Positions 9,062 through 16,697 of a DNA stretch of 32,000 nucleotides are shown here, one piece after another; position 1 is the stretch's first letter; the number at the start of each line of letters is the position of its first letter. The stretch covers positions 240,001 through 272,000 of the forward strand of contig NC_017039.1 in NCBI RefSeq assembly GCF_000284455.1, in the 5' to 3' direction. The stretch comes from Synechocystis sp. PCC 6803 substr. PCC-P (GTDB taxonomy: Bacteria > Cyanobacteriota > Cyanobacteriia > Cyanobacteriales > Microcystaceae). The notes below the pieces were generated by a model. That model worked only from the letters and a program-made list of their open reading frames with translations. It did no database searches and had not been told where the DNA came from. Both the position numbers and the translations under genes were made by a program.

Positions 9062-10117
9062 ATGGTTAGAGCTATACGTCCTCCCATTGTGCCTACCCTA
9101 AAAAAGACTTGGTGGCAAAAAGGGGTTTTTAGTGCGGAAAATGGATTCGGTCGTTGGTTTCAACGGGTTTTCGGTCGTTACTTCCAGGGAAAAGAGTTAG
9201 TTTCGGAGAGTTCTTTGTTTCTCCATCAGCGGGCCATGGAGGAGGCGGGGATTTTGGGTCGGAATGCGGAAGCCCTCGACAACGAAAAATTTGGCAAGAA
9301 AGAATTCTTAGTATTAGTTCGACTCCGTTACATCCTGGCCAAAAATATCGGTGAATATAAGGGACTTAATAATAGTGTAGAACTACTTCAGGCGGCGATC
9401 GACGCCAAGGACAGCTTCATTACCATAGACCAAGCAGAACATCGTTTCCGGGGAAGCAAGCAACAGGAACTGTATCGTTTTACCGACGATCTGCTTAAAC
9501 GTTTTGAAAACACCAAGCAATTTCGCCAAGAGGTTAATGAGCGCTTCTCCGAGGCAATCCCTAATATCCAAACAGAGGAAGGACGGGTGGCAATGGAGAG
9601 CTATGCTACCCATTTGAATCGACTATCAGAGAAACCTTTGGGTCTGAAACTTCTGTCTCTGTTCAAAGCTTATCATTTGGGAGATTATTCGATTCTTCGT
9701 CAAATTTCTGATTTAGTGCAGGGTCTGAACAAAAGTGATTTGCATGAATATGAAACTCTTGTGCCGCTGGTGAAAAAAAATTATTCAGTTTTTGAAAAAT
9801 TGGGACAAATCATTAGCTTGCCCAGTGAAAAAAGTGAACCGGATACCTTTGCCAAAATGACTCAAATATTAGCCCTGAATTATAAATATCGCCTTTCCTT
9901 TGGACAATTTGAAGACTTGTTGGGCATGATGAAACGTTGGTATCGACCCTATCAAACCATTATCAACATCCGTGAAACCCATCCACCTCAGCAGTATCGA
10001 CAACCAGACCAATTTCAGGATTTGATTGCTGGTGAAAAAGTTTATTTAAAGTATAGAAACTGGCTAACGGATAAAAAATCTGGCATGGTATTTTTAGATT
10101 TTGAAGACGAAGATTGA
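9062..10117 (+). CDS. Hypothetical protein, paralog A of an unrecognised family (soluble or peripheral; basic/aromatic N-terminus)
   Basis: 351-aa ORF with an ATG start. It aligns collinearly, with no obvious gaps, to the C-terminal ~300 aa of the next gene. Shared anchors are VSESxLFL, DNxKF..EFLV...RY, G[ED]Y[KQ]GL, RG[ST]KQQ, LP...[KR]SPDT[FY], W[YH][KR]P[YF]..I[IV]NIR, IAG, [YH]RN.L.D.K[ST]G and a terminal FEDE. I recognise no catalytic or binding motif. Confidence 0.75.
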   Translation: MVRAIRPPIVPTLKKTWWQKGVFSAENGFGRWFQRVFGRYFQGKELVSESSLFLHQRAMEEAGILGRNAEALDNEKFGKKEFLVLVRLRYILAKNIGEYKGLNNSVELLQAAIDAKDSFITIDQAEHRFRGSKQQELYRFTDDLLKRFENTKQFRQEVNERFSEAIPNIQTEEGRVAMESYATHLNRLSEKPLGLKLLSLFKAYHLGDYSILRQISDLVQGLNKSDLHEYETLVPLVKKNYSVFEKLGQIISLPSEKSEPDTFAKMTQILALNYKYRLSFGQFEDLLGMMKRWYRPYQTIINIRETHPPQQYRQPDQFQDLIAGEKVYLKYRNWLTDKKSGMVFLDFEDED

Positions 10118-10159
10118 TTGATTTTTTCGTTTTTTAATTATTCCCTTGCTAATATTATT

Positions 10160-11641
10160 ATGAACTTTTATATTGCTCAAGCTAAGCCTTCGCCTTCTCC
10201 CGAAACTGAGACAGATCAATCATTTTGGGACAGAATCAAGTCTTTACTCAACTTTGCCCAAAACAAGCCTGCAGATAAGATTAATCAACAGTTACAAGAC
10301 CGCTACCATGGCATTATTCCCCCAGAAGAATTACAAGATAAAATCACTGCTGGAGAAAGGGAGGCATTGGCACAACAACTAAGTGAAGGCGGGGAAATGA
10401 ATTTGGATGCCATCCGAACCGAAGGGTCAGGGGCAGAACTAGATGCTAAACTTAACCAGATTGTCGCCATTGGTGGGGAAAATTTAGACGGAAGTGGTAG
10501 TGGTACTTTAAATTTCAGTAGTCCCTATGTTTTTGGCGGTGGATTAGTCGGCTTGCTGGTGTTGGTATGGTGCCTGCAATCTCTGAATACTTGGTCAAAT
10601 TTACGGGAAAAATTGATGGGGGAAGAGGGAGTCTATTATCAAATTTTAGAAAAGTTTGGCAAAGCTAAACCTAAGGTTTCTGAAAGTGATTTATTTCTCT
10701 ATAACAAAGCTTTGGTGGAGTTAGAAAAGCAGGCTAAAAAAGCTATCAGTATTGACAACGACAAATTTAGCAGTAATGAATTTCTTGTTTTTGCTAAAAT
10801 CCGCTATTCATTCAACAATGATGTAGGGGATTACCAAGGCTTAAAAACTTACTTACAAACTTTACAATCCGCTATTAAAGCTCAGGCTAGCTATTTAATT
10901 TTGGGGCAGGTGGAAAGCAGTTGTAGGGGAACGAAACAGCAACAGTTTTATGATTTTTGCCATCAATTACTCCATGATGATCTATCTGGGCAAGAACTGC
11001 GGCTTCAAGTCAAAGAAAAGCTTGAAGAAGTACTCAGTGTTGCTAAAACTGATGTAGGAAAAGCTAACTTAGAAAAGTATGCAGATGAAATTGGGAGGCT
11101 AGCAGATGATCCCCAGGCGATCGCCATTATGAATCGGTTTAAGGGAGAGCAAGAGGACGATTACGCCACAATGAAAAAGGTGGTAGATATTATCGGTTGT
11201 TTCAATCAGGAAGAAGTTAGTGATCGTCGTATTGTTATGCACACGACCATGGAACATTACGACGATTTTGAACACCTAGCAGACATTATTGACTTGCCAG
11301 AAGGAAAGCGGAGTCCTGATACCTATTCTCGTCTGTTACAGTATCTAGCCCTAGAACAGCGTCACCAATGGTCTTTTCTGCAATTTCAAAATTTGGTGGA
11401 GGTTTTACGACAATGGCACAAGCCCTTCCGGGCAATTGTCAATATTCGTCAAAAATACCCTGGGACAGAATTCCGTCGACCAGCAATTTTTAAGGAACCC
11501 ATTGCCGGTTTAACTTTGTACGAAAAGCATCGCAATGCCTTGATGGATAATAAGACCGGCCACAGTTTTATTGCTTTTGAAGATGAAGGGGATGACTCAG
11601 AAGATTTGACCGCAATCCCCATAGCGCCAATTCCTTCTTAG
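10160..11641 (+). CDS. Hypothetical protein, paralog B (N-terminal acidic region + one predicted TM helix + the domain shared with paralog A)
   Basis: The track ORF starts at TTG 10118, abutting the upstream stop. The first ATG is 10160 (MNFYIAQAKPS...). A single hydrophobic segment, VFGGGLVGLLVLVWCLQSL, precedes the ~300-aa domain homologous to 9062-10117. The C-terminus is an acidic tail, FEDEGDDSEDL. Confidence 0.75.
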   Translation: MNFYIAQAKPSPSPETETDQSFWDRIKSLLNFAQNKPADKINQQLQDRYHGIIPPEELQDKITAGEREALAQQLSEGGEMNLDAIRTEGSGAELDAKLNQIVAIGGENLDGSGSGTLNFSSPYVFGGGLVGLLVLVWCLQSLNTWSNLREKLMGEEGVYYQILEKFGKAKPKVSESDLFLYNKALVELEKQAKKAISIDNDKFSSNEFLVFAKIRYSFNNDVGDYQGLKTYLQTLQSAIKAQASYLILGQVESSCRGTKQQQFYDFCHQLLHDDLSGQELRLQVKEKLEEVLSVAKTDVGKANLEKYADEIGRLADDPQAIAIMNRFKGEQEDDYATMKKVVDIIGCFNQEEVSDRRIVMHTTMEHYDDFEHLADIIDLPEGKRSPDTYSRLLQYLALEQRHQWSFLQFQNLVEVLRQWHKPFRAIVNIRQKYPGTEFRRPAIFKEPIAGLTLYEKHRNALMDNKTGHSFIAFEDEGDDSEDLTAIPIAPIPS

Positions 11642-11666
11642 AATGTGTTTGGAAAGTTTTATTCTG

Positions 11667-11724
11667 CCCCCTAAATTCCCCAATAATGGGGGACTTGCAC
11701 TCAGTTTCCCCCCAAATTTGGGGG
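11667..11724. terminator. Two G/C-stem hairpins between convergent genes (possible bidirectional terminators)
   Basis: The C-run at 11667-11671 (or 11678-11681) can pair with the G-run at 11688-11692 around an AATAAT loop. A perfect palindrome, CCCCCAAATTTGGGGG, sits at 11709-11724. Both lie in the 116-bp gap between the stop at 11641 (+) and the stop at 11758 (-). There is no strong U-tail, so the call is tentative. Confidence 0.35.
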
Positions 11725-11757
11725 CCAGGGGGGCTTTTCAAACAGGCTCTTAGGCCA

Positions 11758-13116
11758 TTAGGCGATCGCCCGGTTGCGTCCTTGGGATTTAGCACTGTAT
11801 AAAGCCTGATCTGCTTCACTAATAATTCTTTCAATGGTGTCTTCCGGCATGGGAATTATACTACTAACACCAATGCTAATAGTCACATATTTACTGACTG
11901 AAGAACCTTCATGGGGAATGGCCAAAGCGGCGATCGCCTGGAGCATATTTTCCGCCATGGCTAAAGCATCTTGCCGATTTGTATTAGGTAAAACTATGAC
12001 AAATTCCTCGCCGCCGTAACGGGCTACTAAATCAGTAATGCGTTTAGCAATATCCACCAAAGTATTGGCTACTTTTTGCAAACAATCATCCCCCTTTTGG
12101 TGACCATAGAGATCATTATAAGCTTTGAAATAATCAATATCGACCAAAATCAAAGACAATGGTTTTTGTTCCCGGCAATGTCTTTGCCATTCCTGGGCTA
12201 AATACTCATCAAAGCGACGGCGGTTAGCAATGTGAGTTAAACCATCAATATTGGCTAATAGTTGCAACTGCTGATTTGCCGCTTGTAATTCCAATTCCAT
12301 CCTTTTTCGATCAGTAATATCTCGCACCGTGACAGCAAAACCATCCCCTAATTTAACTGCTACAAAATGATACCAATCAGAATTAGCAATGGGAAAATAA
12401 ATATCTTGGGTTAAAAAAGTACCCGTCTCGACCAAATTAACAAACTGGTCAAAAAGTTGGGGATCTAGGCGTTGTAAAAAACGCTTCAGTAATACCCGAC
12501 CAATTAAATCTTCCCGACTCCGATTAAAAGCTTTGGAAAGAATGGGATTAATTACTAAACAACGAAAATCTTCAATATCTCCCGTTTGGGGATTACGCAC
12601 CGCTTGCATGGCCGCAATGCCATCTAAAGCAGAATTTAAAACACTGGAAAGTAGGGCCCTCGATTGGTAGAGGACTTCTTCTGCTTCCCGGCGTTTTCTT
12701 ACTTCTCTTTTGAGGGCAATCCGTTGCCTTTGAATGGTAAACTGACCCTCTATGCGAGCCACCACTTCTTCAATTTGAAAAGGTTTGGTGATGTAGTCTA
12801 CTCCACCACATTCAAAAGCTTTAACCTTATCAAAAGTATCCCCTAGGGCACTAATAAAAATGATGGGGATATCCTGTAATTCTTCTTCTTTTTTAATCAT
12901 TTCACAGACTTGATACCCGTCCATATCTGGCATTTTAATATCAAGTAAAATCAAGTCTGGACGTTTGACTTGTAAGGTTCTAAGGGCCATTTTGCCACTG
13001 GTAACACTCCGCACCGTGTAGCCCAAATTTATTAGTAAATCACTCAACAATTGTAGGTTGTTGGGTAGGTCATCTACCAACAGGATATTTCCTTTTTTTT
13101 CATCGGTATTTTCCAT
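11758..13116 (-). CDS. Response regulator-diguanylate cyclase (REC - coiled coil - PAS-like - GGDEF)
   Basis: 452 aa. The receiver reads ILLVDDLPNN...LLDIKMPDMDGY...ISALG...KPF. The GGDEF domain carries an intact GGEEF active site and a canonical I-site RxxD five residues upstream (RITDLVARYGGEEF). A PAS-like region lies between them. The start is 8 nt downstream of the kinase stop. Confidence 0.9.
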   Translation of the reverse strand: MENTDEKKGNILLVDDLPNNLQLLSDLLINLGYTVRSVTSGKMALRTLQVKRPDLILLDIKMPDMDGYQVCEMIKKEEELQDIPIIFISALGDTFDKVKAFECGGVDYITKPFQIEEVVARIEGQFTIQRQRIALKREVRKRREAEEVLYQSRALLSSVLNSALDGIAAMQAVRNPQTGDIEDFRCLVINPILSKAFNRSREDLIGRVLLKRFLQRLDPQLFDQFVNLVETGTFLTQDIYFPIANSDWYHFVAVKLGDGFAVTVRDITDRKRMELELQAANQQLQLLANIDGLTHIANRRRFDEYLAQEWQRHCREQKPLSLILVDIDYFKAYNDLYGHQKGDDCLQKVANTLVDIAKRITDLVARYGGEEFVIVLPNTNRQDALAMAENMLQAIAALAIPHEGSSVSKYVTISIGVSSIIPMPEDTIERIISEADQALYSAKSQGRNRAIA

Positions 13117-13124
13117 AATAATTA

Positions 13125-15629
13125 CTATGATAGCGGCTCAATTAAATCAAGAATTTTTTCAAATTCAAATCTACGTACTAATTTAGTTAGATTTTGCTCC
13201 AATTCTGACTCTGAAGCTGGAATTTCTGCTATCAATTTCATTACCTGCTCAGTGTCAGCTTCTAAAAGATAATGGGATAACTGAGTCAACCAATCCTGGG
13301 ACATAATTAGAAAACTTTCTGGCTTCAGTGCGGTGTCTTCATGATTATCGTTCTTGTTTGGGGCTGACTCATAAACATATGTTACTCCTAAATGTTTGGT
13401 CAAGGAGTCAAAAATGGTGTTCTCCCGGAATGGCTTACGGAGAAAATCATCGCATCCCGCCGACAGTACGATCGCCTTTTCTTCCTCTAGCACACTGGCC
13501 GTTAGGGCCACCACCGCCGTTGCATTGCCTTTGACCTGACCCTTAATGTATTTAGTTGCTTCATAGCCGTCCATCACGGGCATTCTCATGTCCATAAAGA
13601 TTAAATGGGGCTCCCAGCTTTCCCACAGGGCGATCGCCTCCTGGCCGTTACTAGCTTCTTCGATCTCAAAACCAAAGGGAGCGAGGAGTTTAATTAGTAA
13701 TTGACGATTCACACTTTTATCATCCACCACCAGAATTTTATAGACAGGTTGTCCTGGGGTGAGGGCAAGAACTTTTTTCGCAGAGTTGGGTTCCCGACTC
13801 AAAGTTATTTCCCCCAAATCAACTAAAATCGAAAAGCTAAAGGTGGTCCCCTGGTCAACCACACTACTAACGTTAATATCTCCCCCCATTAACTTAATAA
13901 ACTGACGGGTAATTGCGAGGCCTAATCCGGTGCCTTCCTGGGCATTACGACCAGATTCTGTTTGGGAAAAAGCTTCAAATAAGTGACTCAACTCCACTTC
14001 ACTAATTCCTTTACCCGTATCTTTAATTGTGAAGTCTAACCAATATTTATTTTTAGGCTCCGTTGATGTTTCTGGGTTAATCACTTCCTGTTGTTCTGCA
14101 TTTCTAAAGTTGCTAGTTAGGACTACTTCTCCCTCCGTTGTAAATTTAATCGCGTTACTGAGAAGATTTAGCAAAATTTGTCTGAGCTTAATTTCATCGC
14201 CGTAAACGTATCTCGGTAAATCATGATCTCGAATAAAAATCAGCTCGATACCTTCATTGGCCGCCTTGAGATGCAACATATCTTCTAAATCATCCAGAAG
14301 AAGATAAAGATCAAAATTATGGCGATTTAAATGGGTTTTACCAGCTTCAATCTTAGAAAAATCAAGAATATTATTGATTAAATTTAATAAATATTCCCCG
14401 CTACGTTGAATAATGCCAGCATTTTCATACTGCTCCATTGGTAGATTTTTGGTACGCAGCATCAGCTGGGAAAAACCAATAATAGCATTGAGAGGAGAGC
14501 GCAGTTCATGGCTCATATTAGCCACAAATGTGCTTTTAGCCTTAGCCTCACTTTCAGCTATTTCTTTTGCCCTCACTAGGTCAACCTGTTTTTGTAAGGA
14601 TTCATTGTATTCTATGAGAATTTTTTCCCTTTGAGCTCTTTCTAATTCCCTTTGTTGATAGAGTTCCTGGAGCTTTTGATTTTGTTCTATTAATATCTGA
14701 TTGGTCGTAAACAATTGATTTTTCGATCTTTCATTTTCACTGAGGACGGCATTTAAAACTAGGGTTGTCATACTGATGCAAGCTAAAATTGATTGCAATA
14801 ATAAAAGTTGATCTTTGATAGCTGCTTTTTCTTGGTCTAGGGCAAGAATTAACACCAACAGGGCAGAAACTACAATTGTCAACAGAGAAGATCCAACTTC
14901 AGTGAAGCGAAAGGCTGACCAAAGTAAAAAAGGAATCAGTAGATACTCAATGGGATAACCGTTGGCAATAATTTTAACAATTAATAAAATAAAAAAAATA
15001 ATGCTAGCCGCTTCGAGCCATTGTTCTTGTAGTAGTTTAATAAATACTTTAAAATTATGATTACAAGCAATGATAAAGGGAGTAACAATCAAGAGGGCAA
15101 AAGCATCACTCAACAACCAAGTATAGGCAATTTCAGAATATAAGCCGAAAGAAATTTTCTCAAATAAATATAATAAAAATGGACAAATGATTGCAGCGGG
15201 AAGACGACTACCAAAGCAAACAAAAACAATAAATCTAATAATATTCTTAATTTTAGAAAATAGATAATTATTGGCTGTAAGAATGTCACTAAGATAGACT
15301 GAAAAAAGATTGACTAAACTGACTACCCCAGTGATCGCCACCGTTAGTATGAAATTAGCAGCACTTTCCAAACCGTGGAGAGCCATAATTTCTCCCAGTA
15401 ATAATCCCCCAACCATACCCGGCCAGACTTGGTAACCCCAAATAGATAAAAAGCCTACAGCCATACCCGTAGGAATCCAAATGGGCGATGAAGCGGTGCC
15501 CGCATAGGTAATAAATAATTGGGAAATATAGATAGTTCCATAGATGGCGATCGCCACTATAATTTGCCTTTGCCAAGACACTGATCGAAAATCAGCCAAA
15601 CCTTTGAAAACATGGTTATTGATTTGCAT
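13125..15629 (-). CDS. Hybrid sensor histidine kinase (polytopic MASE1-like N-terminus, HisKA, HATPase_c, REC, helical C-terminal tail)
   Basis: 834 aa. The first ~290 aa have multiple TM helices with a MASE1-like SPIWIPTGMAVGF...WPGMVGGLLLGE signature. They are followed by a coiled coil, the H-box SHELRSPLNAIIGFSQL, the N/G boxes NLLSNAIKFT, DTGKGI and GTGLGLAI, and the receiver ILVVDDKSVNRQLL...FMDMRMPVMDGY...LTAS...KPF. I recall this locus as a Hik-numbered hybrid kinase in Synechocystis, unverified. Confidence 0.9.
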   Translation of the reverse strand: MQINNHVFKGLADFRSVSWQRQIIVAIAIYGTIYISQLFITYAGTASSPIWIPTGMAVGFLSIWGYQVWPGMVGGLLLGEIMALHGLESAANFILTVAITGVVSLVNLFSVYLSDILTANNYLFSKIKNIIRFIVFVCFGSRLPAAIICPFLLYLFEKISFGLYSEIAYTWLLSDAFALLIVTPFIIACNHNFKVFIKLLQEQWLEAASIIFFILLIVKIIANGYPIEYLLIPFLLWSAFRFTEVGSSLLTIVVSALLVLILALDQEKAAIKDQLLLLQSILACISMTTLVLNAVLSENERSKNQLFTTNQILIEQNQKLQELYQQRELERAQREKILIEYNESLQKQVDLVRAKEIAESEAKAKSTFVANMSHELRSPLNAIIGFSQLMLRTKNLPMEQYENAGIIQRSGEYLLNLINNILDFSKIEAGKTHLNRHNFDLYLLLDDLEDMLHLKAANEGIELIFIRDHDLPRYVYGDEIKLRQILLNLLSNAIKFTTEGEVVLTSNFRNAEQQEVINPETSTEPKNKYWLDFTIKDTGKGISEVELSHLFEAFSQTESGRNAQEGTGLGLAITRQFIKLMGGDINVSSVVDQGTTFSFSILVDLGEITLSREPNSAKKVLALTPGQPVYKILVVDDKSVNRQLLIKLLAPFGFEIEEASNGQEAIALWESWEPHLIFMDMRMPVMDGYEATKYIKGQVKGNATAVVALTASVLEEEKAIVLSAGCDDFLRKPFRENTIFDSLTKHLGVTYVYESAPNKNDNHEDTALKPESFLIMSQDWLTQLSHYLLEADTEQVMKLIAEIPASESELEQNLTKLVRRFEFEKILDLIEPLS

Positions 15630-15822
15630 TTTATCTTCTATTTTTTATAGAAAAAATACTTAAATCACGGTCTGAGATGACAATAAATTATCCTAATTTT
15701 CCAGAGAGACTCTAAACAATTTAAATAAACTTAAGCTTAGTTTTGATTTCAATTTGACAACAGAAGGAGATTGTAAACCCCTCTTTTTGCCCAGAAGCGG
15801 GCTTTGGCATTGGCTCCCCACC

Positions 15823-16305
15823 CTAATGAGTTGGTTCAATGGTTTTACCCATGGCAAATCGACGTAAATTTTCTCCCCCTATGGTAACGGTTTCTTCCGC
15901 TATGACCACAAAGCCCCTGGACTCGAAAAAGGGCCGGGCTACCATACTTGCTTTAGTCTCAAGTTCCCTTACCCCGTCAGCGATGGCCAACTGCTCTACT
16001 GCTTGCATCAATATGGTGGCAATGCCCAGGCGGGTAAAGGCTGGATGGACAAAAAGCAGGTCCACCAATCCAGCGCCATTGTAGCCAATAAAGCCAATGA
16101 TGGTTTCTCCTTGCTCAGCCACCAACACCACCATGGATTCCAGGCGATCGCCCCACCGCTGTAAGTCTGGTTCGGATGGGGCCCAAGCACTTAGTTGGGC
16201 TGGGGAATAATATTTAATACCTAACTGATGGACAGCTTCAGTGAAAATTTGAATGATATTGTTTAAATCCGAGGGACGATATGGGCGTAGATGGATGGTG
16301 TTCAC
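15823..16305 (-). CDS. GNAT-family N-acetyltransferase
   Basis: The ORF runs to TTG 16359. GTG 16305 gives a typical GNAT N-terminus (M)NTIHLRPYRPSDL. The acetyl-CoA binding region reads LFVHPAFTRLGIATILMQAVE. Substrate unknown and start codon uncertain. Confidence 0.78.
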   Translation of the reverse strand: MNTIHLRPYRPSDLNNIIQIFTEAVHQLGIKYYSPAQLSAWAPSEPDLQRWGDRLESMVVLVAEQGETIIGFIGYNGAGLVDLLFVHPAFTRLGIATILMQAVEQLAIADGVRELETKASMVARPFFESRGFVVIAEETVTIGGENLRRFAMGKTIEPTH

Positions 16306-16596
16306 TTTGGCTACCTTGGGACGAAAGTTGCCAATCTTTGGCTGAGAAATATTTTGCAATGTAAAGTTAAAAAGCAGAGGGGGTCAGCACCATGGTTAAA
16401 ATTTCCGATATCTTGGTCGTTTTAATTGCTTTCCTTGGAACTTGCTTGTAATGTAACCAGTTTTAATACACTCCCTTGGTTTTCACCATTGCCAATGCAG
16501 AGATTTGGAGGGTTAAACCAAGTCCCCTAGGGTCTGGGAACAGGACTTTGCATTTGAATCGGACAGTGCAAAATGATTTGGGACTGGGCAAGGCGA

Positions 16597-16602
16597 TATA
16601 AT
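16597..16602 (+). promoter_or_regulatory. Candidate -10 hexamer (TATAAT) upstream of hemJ
   Basis: A perfect TATAAT lies 96 nt upstream of ATG 16698, in the 338-392 bp (depending on the GNAT start) divergent intergenic region. The -35 is not convincing. Confidence 0.2.
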
Positions 16603-16697
16603 GGCCCCCTTGGGTATGAGCTGATGACCCACCCTGTTCCTGGGAAATGCCCAAGCGCGAGTATTTCTCCCTCCCTTGTCCACTGTCAACGTTTACC

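Noticed and set aside
11568-11834. 88-aa reverse-strand ORF spanning the convergent spacer
   Set aside because: It overlaps the 3' ends of both flanking, well-supported genes and includes the palindromic spacer, so it is not credible as coding.
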